A stretch of 63,196 nt of DNA, the filler included, from Chiloscyllium plagiosum (taxonomy: Eukaryota), in the NCBI RefSeq assembly GCF_004010195.1. It is 3 parts of one record of this genome, joined end to end, with 100 filler letters (N's around TTAATTAATTAA, not from the genome) between each part and the next. Parts side by side here need not be neighbours in the genome. Positions count along the whole stretch, not along the records: positions 15,892 to 47,464 come from NC_057711.1; 2 more parts are not named here. The stretch is one strand, 5' to 3'. The notes under the pieces were generated by a model. The model made no database searches and was not told the DNA's origin. It saw only the letters and a program-made list of their open reading frames with translations. A program made the position numbers and the translations under genes. Numbering within the stretch: position 1 is the stretch's first letter; each line of letters begins with the position of its first letter. This document shows, piece after piece, positions 28,262 to 40,269 of the stretch.

Positions 28262-28682
28262 ATAGGTTGGGGCTGTTTTCCCTGGAGTGTTGGAGGCTGA
28301 GAGGTGACCTCATAAAGGTTTATAAAACTGTGAGGGGCATGAACAGGGTAAATAGACAAAGTAATTTTCCTGGGGTGGGGGAGTCCAGAACTAGAGGCCA
28401 TATGTTTAGGATGAGAGGGGAAAGATATACCGGAGAACTAAGAGGCAACATTTTCATGCAGAGAGTGGTACCTATATGGAATAAGCTCCCAGAGGAAATG
28501 GTGGAGGCTGGTACAATTGCAACATTTAAAAGGCATCTGAATGGGAATTATGAATAGGAAGGATTTGGAGTGATGTGGGCTGGGTGCTGACAGGTGGGAC
28601 TAGATTGGGTTGGGATATCTAGTCGGCATGGCCAATTTGGACCAAAGGGTCTGTTTCTGTGCTGTACATCTCTATGACTCTA
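28262..28682 (+). mobile_element. CR1 3' end, relatively young
   Basis: LGLFSLECWRLRGDLIKVYK..TRGH..FMQRVVPIWNKLP..FKRHL. Confidence 0.9.
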
Positions 28683-28879
28683 AATAAAACTCAATGTTTA
28701 GCTTGTGCATTTTTTATGGTTTCGATAAAGTATGGTGCAACATTTAAGTATTAACGTAGTTGTACTCCATGCTCCATTTGTCACTCTACCCAACCTTAAC
28801 TTGCATCTACCAAACAATAAGTGACCACCCTATTCTTCTGACCAAAATATACTACTCACATTGTGCTGCTTTATCAATG

Positions 28880-29600
28880 ACAGAAGTGGAGATGATCTCT
28901 GATGACAGCACATTGCTCAGCATGATTCACAACACTTCAGATACTGAAGGGGTCTGTTTCCATATGCAGCAAGACTTGTATAATATCTGGGCTTGAACTA
29001 ATAAGAGACAAATACATTTTGTACCACGCAAGCATCAGCCAATGAACATCTTCATAAAGCAGAATCTAATTATCATGCACTATCATTCAATAACATTGTG
29101 TGGAAGTCAGGAATGACAATCAAATCTTGAGCAATTACAATTGACCAGAAACTGAACAGGATTTACCATATAAAAACTGGGATCAAGTCGGAGGTTAGGA
29201 GTTCTGTGATTAGTAATTCATCTATTGACATTCTAAAGCCTGCTGACTATCTGTAAGGCACAAGTCAGGAGTGTGAAAGAATACTCTCCACTTGCCTGGA
29301 TGAGTGTAATTTCAACAATATTCAAGAAGCTTGACATCAACCAGGACATTAACAGCTTGTAGTTCAACAGCACCTTCCAAACCCATGAATGTTATCATCT
29401 ATTAAAGATAAGGGCAGAAGATGCAGGGGAGCACCATCAGCTGCAAATCCCACACCGAGCCACACATATCCTGATTAAAACTATTTTGCAAGACTTTCAC
29501 TGTCATTGGGTCAAGATCCTGGAACCCCAGCCCTGTATTTTTTCTTGCATCCCAAGGACAGCAGTAGTTCGAAAAGGCAGCTTACCAATTTCTTGCCATT
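28880..29600 (+). mobile_element. CR1/L2-clade 3' fragment
   Basis: ISDDST..MQQDL; same family as 2755-3840. Confidence 0.65.
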
Positions 29601-29604
29601 ATAA

Positions 29605-30098
29605 ACATAAGTACATAGAAAAGTAGGAGCAGAGTAGACTACTCAGCCCATTAAATCTGTTCTGCTATTCAATATGATCATGATGGATCATCAAACACAA
29701 TGTCCCTGTTCTAGTTTTCACCTCATGCCTTTTAAGCCTTTTAGCTTGAAGACCTATTCCAATCTCCTCTTTGAAAATAATTCATGTTTTGGCCTCAACT
29801 GCATTCTGTGGCAGAGAACTACAAATCCAACACTTCTGGGATGAAGACATTTCTCTTTACATAAGTCCTAAAATGCCTATCCAGTATCGGGAGATTATGA
29901 TCCGTGGTCTGGACACTCTGGCCATCGGAAAGATTCTTACTGTGTTTCCCATGCCTGGTCCTGTTGGAATTTTATAGCTTTCTTTGAGATATCTTCCCCC
30001 AACATCCCCTTTCCATCCCAATTCTTCTAATTTTCGGTGAATATAGTTCTAACCAATCCAGTCTCTATATATGTCAGTTCTTCCATCGCAGGAATCAG
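29605..30098 (-). mobile_element. Host CR1 3' fragment, left part; resumes at 36605-36690
   Basis: atgtcagttcttccatcgcaggaatcag | tctggtaaacc..ataaggaga is continuous CR1 sequence (compare 5932-5980 and 40625-40705). Confidence 0.75.
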
Positions 30099-32744
30099 GA
30101 TCAGTGGTGTTGAAGAGCACAGCAGTTCAGGCAGAATCCAACGAGCAGCAAAATCGACATTTCGGGCAAAAGCCCTTCATCAGAAATAAAGGCAGTGAGC
30201 CTGAAGCGTGGAGAGATAAGCTAGGGGAGGGTGGGGGTGGGAAGAGAGTAGCATAGAGTACAATGGGTGAGTGGGGGAGGAGATGAAGGTGATAGGTCAG
30301 GGAGGAGAGGGTGGAGTGGATAGGAGGAAAAGGAGCTAGGCAGGTCGGACAAGTCCGGACAAGTCAAGGGGACAGTGCTGAGCTGGAAGTTTGAAACTAG
30401 GATGAGNNNNNNNNNNNNNNNNNNNNNNNNNNNNNNNNNNNNNNNNNNNNNNNNNNNNNNNNNNNNNNNNNNNNNNNNNNNNNNNNNNNNNNNNNNNNNN
30501 NNNNNNNNNNNNNNNNNNNNNNNNNNNNNNNNNNNNNNNNNNNNNNNNNNNNNNNNNNNNNNNNNNNNNNNNNNNNNNNNNNNNNNNNNNNNNNNNNNNN
30601 NNNNNNNNNNNNNNNNNNNNNNNNNNNNNNNNNNNNNNNNNNNNNNNNNNNNNNNNNNNNNNNNNNNNNNNNNNNNNNNNNNNNNNNNNNNNNNNNNNNN
30701 NNNNNNNNNNNNNNNNNNNNNNNNNNNNNNNNNNNNNNNNNNNNNNNNNNNNNNNNNNNNNNNNNNNNNNNNNNNNNNNNNNNNNNNNNNNNNNNNNNNN
30801 NNNNNNNNNNNNNNNNNNNNNNNNNNNNNNNNNNNNNNNNNNNNNNNNNNNNNNNNNNNNNNNNNNNNNNNNNNNNNNNNNNNNNNNNNNNNNNNNNNNN
30901 NNNNNNNNNNNNNNNNNNNNNNNNNNNNNNNNNNNNNNNNNNNNNNNNNNNNNNNNNNNNNNNNNNNNNNNNNNNNNNNNNNNNNNNNNNNNNNNNNNNN
31001 NNNNNNNNNNNNNNNNNNNNNNNNNNNNNNNNNNNNNNNNNNNNNNNNNNNNNNNNNNNNNNNNNNNNNNNNNNNNNNNNNNNNNNNNNNNNNNNNNNNN
31101 NNNNNNNNNNNNNNNNNNNNNNNNNNNNNNNNNNNNNNNNNNNNNNNNNNNNNNNNNNNNNNNNNNNNNNNNNNNNNNNNNNNNNNNNNNNNNNNNNNNN
31201 NNNNNNNNNNNNNNNNNNNGAGATGGAGAGTTCCAGGAAGGGGAGGGAGGTGTCAGAGATGGTCCAGGTAAATTTAAGGTCAGGGTGGAATGTGTTGGTG
31301 AAGTTGATGAATTGCTCAACCTCCTCGCGGGAGCATGAGGTGGCGCCAATGCAGTCATCAATGTAGTGGAGGAAGAGGTGGGGAGTGGTGCTGGTGTAAT
31401 TACAGAAGATCAACTGTTCTACGTAGCCAACAAAGAGACAGGCATAGCTGGGGCCCATACGTGTGCCCATGGCTACCCCTTTGGTCTGGAGGAAGTGGGA
31501 GGATTCAAAGGAGAAATTGTTAAGGGTGAGGACCAGTTCGGCCAAACGAATGAGAGTGTCGGTGGAAGGGTACTGTTGGGGACATCTGGAGAGGAAAAAG
31601 CTGAGGGCTTGGAGGCCCTGGTCATGGCGGATGGAGGTGTAGAGGGATTGGATATCCATGGTGCAGATGAGGCATTGGGGGACCAGGAAACGGAAGTCTT
31701 GGAGGAGGTAGAGGGCGTGGGTGGTGTCTCGAACGTATGTGGGGAGTTTCTGGACGAGGTAGGTAGAGATGAGTTCAGTGGGGCAGGAGCATGCTGAGAC
31801 AATGGGTCGGCCAGGTTGGTCAGGCTTGTGGATCTTGGGAAGGAGGTAGAACCGGGCATTGCGGGGTTCCCGGACTATGAGGTTGAAAGCTGTGGGTGGG
31901 AGATCTCCTGAGGTGATGAGGTTTTGTATGGTCTGGGAGATGATGGTTTGGTGATGGGGGGTGGGGTCATGGTCGAGGGGGCAGTAGGAAGAGGTCCTCA
32001 AGTTGGCGTTTGGCTTCAGCGGTGTACAGGTCAGTGCGCCAGACTACCACTGCGCCGCCTTTATCCGCTGGCTTAATGGTGAGTTTGGGATTGGAGCGGA
32101 GGGATTGGACGGCTGCGCGTTGTGAGGGTGAGAGGTTAGAGTGGGGGAGGGGGGTAGACAGGTTGAGGCGGTTAATGTCCCGGCGGCAGTTGGAAATGAA
32201 GAGGTCGAGGGCAGGTAATAGGCCAGCGCGGGGTGTCCAGGTGGATGCAGTGTGTTGGAGGTGGGCGAAGGGGTCCTCGGAAGGTGGGCGGGGGTCCTGA
32301 TTGTGAAAGTAAGCTCGGAGGCGGAGGCGACGGAAGAATTGTTCGATGTCACGGCGTGTATTAAATTCATTGATGCGTGGAATGAGGGGGATGAAGGTGA
32401 GTCCTTTGCTGAGGACTGATTGTTCGTCCTCAGTGAGAGGGAGGTCTGGAGGGATGGTGAAAACCCGGCAGGGCTGGGAGCTGGGATCTGATGTGGGTGT
32501 GGAGCTGGGAGTGGGGTTGGAGCCAGTACCTGGAGTGGGTGTGATGGTGGGAGGATTGGGGGTGGAGTCATGAGCAGGGGTAGTGTTCCCCTCGGGGTTC
32601 TGGGGGGTGGGGATAGTGACAGTGGGGTCTGTGTGGGGCGTGTCAGCAGAATGCAGGTGAATGGCGCTGGTGGGGTCGGAAGTGGTGGCAGACACGGCAG
32701 TAGGGGTGGCGGAAGTCACTGAGCATGTGGCATCGGCAATGATG
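30099..32744 (-). mobile_element. Penelope-like element (Neptune-like): RT-coding left arm, frameshifted, tail-less 3' end
   Basis: LSKGLTF, FFRRLRLRAYF, IKPADKGGAVVVW, RPIVS, MDIQSLYTSI, GVAMGTRMGPSYA, YIDD; frameshift near 31995; RT thumb and endonuclease fall in the N gap. Confidence 0.92.
30407..31219. other. Assembly gap (813 N) inside the PLE
   Basis: Run of N; size roughly matches the missing thumb plus GIY-YIG coding segment. Confidence 0.95.
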
Positions 32745-34812
32745 TGCAGAAATGAAAATGCAAATGAAACAATCGCAAGTCAGGATGTGTGTGGTTTCGA
32801 GGGGAATATGAAGGTTTCCTTTACGTCTGCTGAACATGATTACCCAGTTCTATTATCGGAATGTTGTCAGGATCCATAGCCAATTTCTGCTGTTACTGGT
32901 AACCCACAGTGCCTTATGGATGCCTGGTTTTGAGTTGCTAAATCTTATCAAAATTTATTTCATTCAATGGTGGCTGTGTCACACAACACAATGTAGGGAA
33001 TCCTCAACATGAAGACAGGACTTCCGCTTCACAAGCACTGAGTAGTGTTTACACCCTGCAGTACATTAATTGACAAAGGACTCTGTGACAGATAGATCGG
33101 TGAGACCAAGGTCATGTAGAAAATTTCCTCTTCTTGGTTACTTCATCACCTACTGCAGGACCAATCTAGCAGTTATGTTCTTTGGGATTCAAACATTAAT
33201 GGTACTACTAAACCACTTTGGATGACGAACACTGAAATCTCCCACCTAGAGTACATTCTGTGCTCTTGCCAGTCTCAGTGTTTTTTCTGTTGGAGGAGCA
33301 CATGCAGTAAGGCAAAATAATCATCGGGAGATTTCATGTTTGGCTTGATGCCATAAATCCTCATGGGGGTCTACAGTCCATGCTGATGACTCCCTGGGCA
33401 ACTCCCTCCTGACTGTTTACCACTATGCCATGATCCCTGGTGGGTATGTCTTGTCAATGGGGTGGGACATAGAGTCATCCAGAACAGAAACAGACTCTTT
33501 AGTCCAACCCATCTGTACCGACCAGTATCCCTACAGTGTGGAAACAGTCCATTTGGCCCAACAGGTCCACACTGACCTTCTGAAGAGTAACTCACTCAGA
33601 CCCTTTCACTTGCCCCCTATTATTCTACATTTCTCCTGGCTAATGCACCTAGCCCACACACCCTAAAGGCTAGGTGCATTAGCCCAGACTGTCAAGTATT
33701 AGTCTGGGCACCAGAAGCGATAATGGCACACACAGTCCTATTGATTGTGTAAATTCTGCTTTACTAACATAACAAGCCAAAGTTAGATAGATGTCTGGTA
33801 GACAAGTCAACCAGCAACATGACATAGCCATACTCATGGAATTATACCTTTCAGTCACCCCATCCCCTTCCAATGTGGATGGTGAGTGTACGGATTGAGC
33901 TGCCACAGGAAGTGGTGGAGTTTGGTACAAATGCACCATTTAAAAACGCATCTGGAAGGATACATGAGTAGGAAGGATTTAAAGGGATATGGGTCAAATG
34001 TTGGCAAATAAGACAAATAGGTTTAAGATATCTGGTCGGTATGGATGAATTGGACCGAAGGGCCTGTTTCTGTTCTGTATGACTCTATGTCCCATCCTAT
34101 CGACACAACATACCCACTATAGGTCATGATGTAGTGGTAAACAGTCAGGAAGGAGCTGCCCTGGGAGTCCTCAGCATGGACTGTAGACCCCCATGAGGAT
34201 TTATGGCATCAAGCCAAACATGAAATCTCCCGATGATTATTTTGCCTTACTGCATGTGCTCCTCCAACAGAAAAAACACTGAGACTGGCAAGAGCACAGA
34301 ATGTACTCTAGGTGGGAGATTTCAGTGTTCGTCATCCAAAGTGGTTTAGTAGTACCATTAATGTTTGAATCCCAAAGAACATAACTGCTAGATTGGTCCT
34401 GCAGTAGGTGATGAAGTAACCAAGAAGAGGAAATTTTCTACATGACCTTGGTCTCACCGATCTATCTGTCACAGAGTCCTTTGTCAATTAATGTACTGCA
34501 GGGTGTAAACACTACTCAGTGCTTGTGAAGCGGAAGTCCTGTCTTCATGTTGAGGATTCCCTACATTGTGTTGTGTGACACAGCCACCATTGAATGAAAT
34601 AAATTTTGATAAGATTTAACAACTCAAAACCAGGCATCCATAAGGCACTGTGGGTTACCAGTAACAGCAGAAATTGGCTATGGATCCTGACAACATTCCG
34701 ATAATAGAACTGGGTAATCATGTTCAGCAGACGTAAAGGAAACCTTCATATTCCCCTCGAAACCACACACATCCTGACTTGCGATTGTTTCATTTGCATT
34801 TTCATTTCTGCA
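32745..34812. repeat. Inverted duplication: 642-bp near-identical arms (32745-33386 / 34171-34812) with diverged inner extensions
   Basis: Reverse-complement match with constant coordinate sum 67557 (no net indel); one mismatch noticed (32938); arms are decayed CR1/L2 endonuclease sequence (NVL.VGDF-like). Confidence 0.92.
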
Positions 34813-35454
34813 GGATGAAAATCCTAAACTCCCTCCCTCATAGGTCTGTGGCTGTAGTTTTTTGATTAATCTGCTTGGTCACACCTCCAGGGCAGATAGG
34901 ATTTGAACCTAGACTATCTCACCCCCCAGATAGGGCTACTGTATCAGACAAGACAGCAGCTCACATTGTGGATGCACGGACACCCTATGGACTGCAGCAC
35001 TTTAAGAAGGCAGTTCATCAGCATCTTCCCCAGTATATTTGGGGATGGGCAACAAATACTGGCCGAGCCAGTGACACACACATCCTTTGAATTCATTAGA
35101 AAAGAAATTACATCTTCAAACATCATTACCAAAGCTCTATTATAATGTTGTGATTCTTTGTAAAGATTGTACATTTAGAGACACAGAGTCATAGAGATGC
35201 AAAGCACAGAAACAGACCCTTCAGTCCAATAGGCCCCAGCCTATTCAACCTCTCCCTATAACTCAAATCCTCCAACTCTGGCAACATCCTTGTAAATGTT
35301 TTCTGAACCCTTTCAAGTCTCACAACATCCACAACATTTACAGTAAGTTGTCATTTACATAGAGCACTGTATTTCTTCAGACGCATTGCAATGTTTTTAC
35401 TTTGGAAAAAGCCCAATTTACAGTGGAAACTGTCCTTTCAGTCTTAAAAAAAAG

Positions 35455-35658
35455 AGTGACACGATGGCTCAGTGGTTAGCACTGCTATATCACAGCGCCA
35501 GGGACCCAGGTTTGATTCCACCCTTGGTGACTGTCTGTGCGGTGTTTGCATGTTCTCCCTGTGTCTATGCTGGTTTCCTCTCACAGTCTAAAGATGTGTA
35601 TGTTAGGTGGTTTTGCCATGCTAGATTGCCCATAGTGTCCAAGGATGTGTGGGTTAGG
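35455..35658 (+). mobile_element. HE1-type SINE truncated at PLE junction
   Basis: atggctcagtggttagc A box, ggtttgattcc B box; stops at gggttagg where PLE sequence begins. Confidence 0.8.
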
Positions 35659-36604
35659 TTTCGCATAAACCAAATCATCCGCCGACATTTCCGCCACCTC
35701 CAAACAGACCCCACCACCAGGGATATATTTCCCTCCCCACCCCTCTCCGCCTTCCGCAAAGACCGTTCCCTCCGTGACTACCTGGTCAGGTCCACGCCAC
35801 CCTACGACCCACCCTCCCATCCTGGCACCTTCCCCTGCCACCGCAGGAACTGTAAAACCTGTGCCCACACCTCCTCCCTCACCTCTATCCAAAGCCCTAA
35901 AGGAGCCTTCCACATCCATCAAAGTTTTACCTGCACATCCACTAACATCACTTATTGTATCCATTGCTCCCGGTGTGGTCTCCTCTACATTGGGGAGACT
36001 GGGCGCCTCCTAGCCGAGCGCTTTAGGGAACATCTCCGAGACACCCGCACCAATCAACCACACCGTCCCGTGGCCCAACATTTCAACTAGCCCTCCCATT
36101 CTGCCGAGGACTTGGAGGTCCTGGGCCTCCTTCACCGCCGCTCCCTCACCACCAGACGCCTGGAGGAAGAACGCCTCATATTCCGCCTCGGAACACTTCA
36201 TCCCCAGGGCATCAATGTGGTCTTCAACAGCTTTCTCATTTCCCCTTCCCCCACCTCATCCTAGTTTCACACTTCCAGCTCAGCGCTGTCCCCATGACTT
36301 GCCCGGACTTGTCCGACCTGCCTAGCTCCTTTTCCACCTATCCACTCCATCCTCTACTCCCTGATCTATCACCTTCATCTCATCCCCCACTCACCCATTG
36401 TACTGTTTGCTACTCTCTCCCCTCCCCCACCCTCCCCTAGCTTATCTCTCCACGCTTCAGGCTCACTGCCTTTATTCCTGATGAAGTGCTTTTGCCCGAA
36501 ACATCGATTTTGCTGCTCGTTGGATGCTGCCTGAACTGCTGTGCTCTTCCAGCACCACTGATCCAGAATCTGGTTTCCAGCATCTGCAGTCATTGTTTTT
36601 ACTT
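35659..36604 (+). mobile_element. Penelope-like element right arm: Cys-rich linker, GIY-YIG endonuclease, 3' UTR with tail
   Basis: TFPCHRRNCKTC; NITYCIHCSRCGLLYIGETGRLLAERFREH; premature TAG at 36088-36090; tail ..ccagcatctgcagtcattgtttttactt. Confidence 0.92.
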
Positions 36605-36689
36605 CATCGCAGGAATCAGTCTGGTAAACCTTCTTGACATTCCCTCCATTGACAGAACATCCTTCCTCAGATAAGGAGAAGAAAACTGG

Positions 36690-37126
36690 ATTGACCGTGT
36701 AATATTTTGTAAGTTCCACTTTGGAAATAGAACCAGTCTGACTTAAGATTGGGATACAGACAGACTCTAACCTCACACCTTTAATGCATTGTCTGAACTG
36801 AGATGTCGCCTTTATTTTATAAAACCTTAAGTTATCTCATGGATGTGAATTAAAAGAAGTTCTGGGATTAACTTATTAATGAAACAAAACCTGCAACCCA
36901 TTCTAAAAGGTGAAAGACTTAGCAACAATATAGGTTTGTTCAAAAAATCATTTGAGTTATTTGACACTGTATTCTTTTGTTATAAATTCTGTGTCTTATG
37001 GTCCTGCTCCACAACCACCTGATGAAGGAGCAGCGCTCCAAAAGCTAGTGCTTCCAAATAAATCTGTTGGACTATAACCTGTTGCTGTATGAGTTTTAAC
37101 TTTGTTCACCCCAATCCAACACCAGC
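36690..37126 (+). mobile_element. Second-family PLE-type non-coding 3' fragment with hammerhead-like core
   Basis: cctgatgaaggagcagcgctccaaaagcta at 37018-37047; homologous to 60320-60602. Confidence 0.65.
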
Positions 37127-39829
37127 TACAACACATTAGTTACTGGTGAACAAGGACAACCAGGTCTTGTTGCACCTCACTGTTTCTCAATTTATCACCA
37201 TTCAAGTAATCTGTTTTCTTGATTTTGCTACCACAGAGGATAATCTTATTTTATCTATATGATACTTCATCTGCCACACAACTTGTCCTAATCATACAGA
37301 AGCATCTCTCATCCTACCCACAGTTCACCCTCATACCCAGCTTTGTATCATTTGCAAACTTGAAGATATACATAGGGGTTGGGTAATAAATACTGGCCTT
37401 GCCAGCAACAGCCACATCTAATGAATGAATGAAAGTGTCTGTGCTGAACTTCATTTGCAAATATACCAACAAATTCATGAATGGCTTCAGTAGTTCATAT
37501 CTCTTCAATTTTGGTGTCATTAATAAATTTAAGAATTGTGTTTCTGATTCTGAAGTCTAAACCATTGATATAAATTGGGAACAGCAGTAGTCCCAGTAAT
37601 GAATCTACAGAGCATCATTTTCCACCTTATATTATTTTAAGTAACTAACCTTCACTCGCATTCTCTAGCATGTAATCTGTCACTTGGCACCTGAAGTCTG
37701 GCATTATTCATTATTCTGTAATGAGGCACGCTATAGAAGGCCCTTTGAAAACCCAGATGAATTGTTATTGCATTGCCAGTGTGGGTTGAAGAGGACGCTG
37801 TTTCTATCCATCTTTGCCTGTTTGGTTGAAGACACATTCCTCTTCACCCTGGTCTTAGCACAGCTCACATCATTGTGATGCTTCAACTCCCTTAGCTGGA
37901 CCTCTAGGAAACATTGGGAGAACATTGGACCGAACTTCCCAAATTTCATTCGCATTCCTGTCAACGTTGTAGCTTAAAACATTCCAACTGTTGGTGAGTT
38001 TCTCTGCAACAGACCTGGTTTGTTTAGGCAGGAATTCTTCCTCTGATAAGATGGCTGCATCATTTCGTCTGCCCTCTCTAAAATATCAGGAAGTCTATAG
38101 ATGAGATATTAATTAGTTGCCTTCTGAAAATAGCAGCTATAAGGGCTACTCTTCTTACCTTCAGATCCTTGTCCCTCATTAACATGGTATGATTCTACAG
38201 TCTCTGTCATACCTTGATAAAGACTCAAGATCCTTCCTATAATTTGGAGTGCAGACATGCACTTTAACTATGATTTTATTCAGATTACATTTCCATTCAT
38301 TATTATCTCTCTGTTTTCATAATCAATGATGAAAGCTAGAATTCTGTTAGCTTATGTTTCTAGCATTTTCCTCAAGATATAGGCATAGATACAATGTTAA
38401 TAAACTATACTATGCGCTTGCTTTCGTGCAATCATGAGTGCTCATGCTACCTCAAGTCGTCACTAATCAGCACAACCACACAAACAGTGTTTCATTTTCT
38501 CTGTGACTACATTTTTCAATCTATTTGTGCAAAATTCCTCAGGGTTCTCCTTTAATGCAGTTAGTGACCCAATTGTTTTCAGTTAATTTCTGTGTTAAAA
38601 TGATGCATACAAGATTTTCTAACAACACAGTTAAATAGTATTTATTAGAGGAAATTAAATCCAAACCCAATGCTCTGTGGAACTCCTAAAACAGCCTTCG
38701 ACAATTTACTTCCTACAGTCCAGAATAGATTTGTCATCCCAGGTGGCATTGATAAAAGATCTAAACACGCAAGAAGATCACTGTCAAAATAAAACTATTT
38801 ATGAATCTGTTGGTCTTATGGCATATTTCCATGGTGGGAATGTACTTGATCTCTGCTTGGCAACTCTCCATGCTGGAAACTGGGAACTCCTTGAAGGAAG
38901 AATTAATGGTGAGTCAGTACTCTGCATGTTTGTGGCCATTACTGTAACCCAACTTTGCTCTTCATGTGCTCATGTGTCTCCCAAATTCTTGATAAACCTA
39001 TGCCTTTCCCCTATCTCCAGATTCCCCACTCTAATGTTTGAAGCATGAAATTTAATTTCTGATTCAAATTCCCTTTGGGCACACTGTAAATTAAAAGAAA
39101 AACTTGTGCAGTTCTATGATTTCTGCATTCACTTTGTAGTATTTAGTTTTAGAGGAGCAAGAGAATGCAGTTGATCCAGTTTTAAAACATCTGATTGTAC
39201 AAATGTATTTACATTAATTGCTTTATGGCCAGTGCTTGTCCAATCCTGGATTCTGGAAAATGCACAACACATTGGAAAATATTGCATTGTCAGTGTCAAT
39301 TGAATAGTGCCAATATTTGTTACACATGTACTGTATTTGCCTATTCTATGAGCCAACCATCAAAAATCATAACAACCCATACAAAGCACTCAGTAACTGT
39401 ACGAAAACAGGGAGAGCAACTACTTGGAAATGTTTTTTGCAGAGTTGAGCCAACTCATTTTAAAAATGGTGGGTATTAGTCAATTCCAGGAATCTCACTC
39501 CCATTCCAATGGTTGGACAATTGCACCAGCTCAGAACAATTGAGCATTTAAGTGAGTTCACAACCCGTACTCTCAATCTGCAATTGCCATTGGATCAAGT
39601 CAGTTTCTCAAAGACCGCTCTTCAGACCAGTCACAACCAGAGTCTGGATTCAGGAAACTTTTGAAATACAAGTACAAAATATGTTATTCATGCTTCCTCA
39701 TGTCACTCATGTATCCTCCATGCACTTTTCCTGCCACTTATATCACTGTACACATATATGTTACATCCATATCTCTCTCATGCCATGTATGCCATCTCCT
39801 GGCACCCTTGTCATATCATTTTTCCCTGA

Positions 39830-40200
39830 ATCTTCCATGCTCATCAACCAGGTTCTTTGTCTTTGGCAGTCCCTCAGGGTCAAGGATGTGGAAATGTTAC
39901 ATTTGTTTAAGGAGGCTTTCAGGGTGTCCTTGTAGCGTTCCCTCTTCCCTCCTTGTGATCACTTATCATTACAAAGCTTGGAGCACACTGTTTGTTTAGA
40001 GTTCTTGTGTCAGGCATATGGACAATGTGGCCTGCCCATCCCAGCTGGACATGTGTGACCAATGCTTTAGTCTTGAGCAGAGTGCTCACATTGGTAACCT
40101 TATCCTGCTAGTGGATTTGTGGATTTTGAAAAGGCAGCACTGATGATAACTGTCCATGGATTTAAGATGTCTCTTATACATGGTCCATACACAGAAAAGT
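39830..40200 (-). mobile_element. RTE-clade LINE C-terminal fragment
   Basis: Minus strand reads GGKRERYKDTLKASL..CNI, typical of the RTE C-terminus. Confidence 0.65.
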
Positions 40201-40269
40201 AGAAACTTGGAGCTGAGAATAGGACATCTGGTTCTTCAAGCTTGTTCTGTAATTCATTGTGAAAATGGT

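Noticed and set aside
30336..31361. Long ORFs of 298-534 aa in the ORF track
   Set aside because: Lengths inflated by the N gap; only the PLE RT portion is real
35386..36090. 234-aa ORF fusing SINE-derived sequence to GIY-YIG, as a possible domesticated gene
   Set aside because: Non-ATG start, in-frame fusion expected by chance, and a premature stop inside the endonuclease
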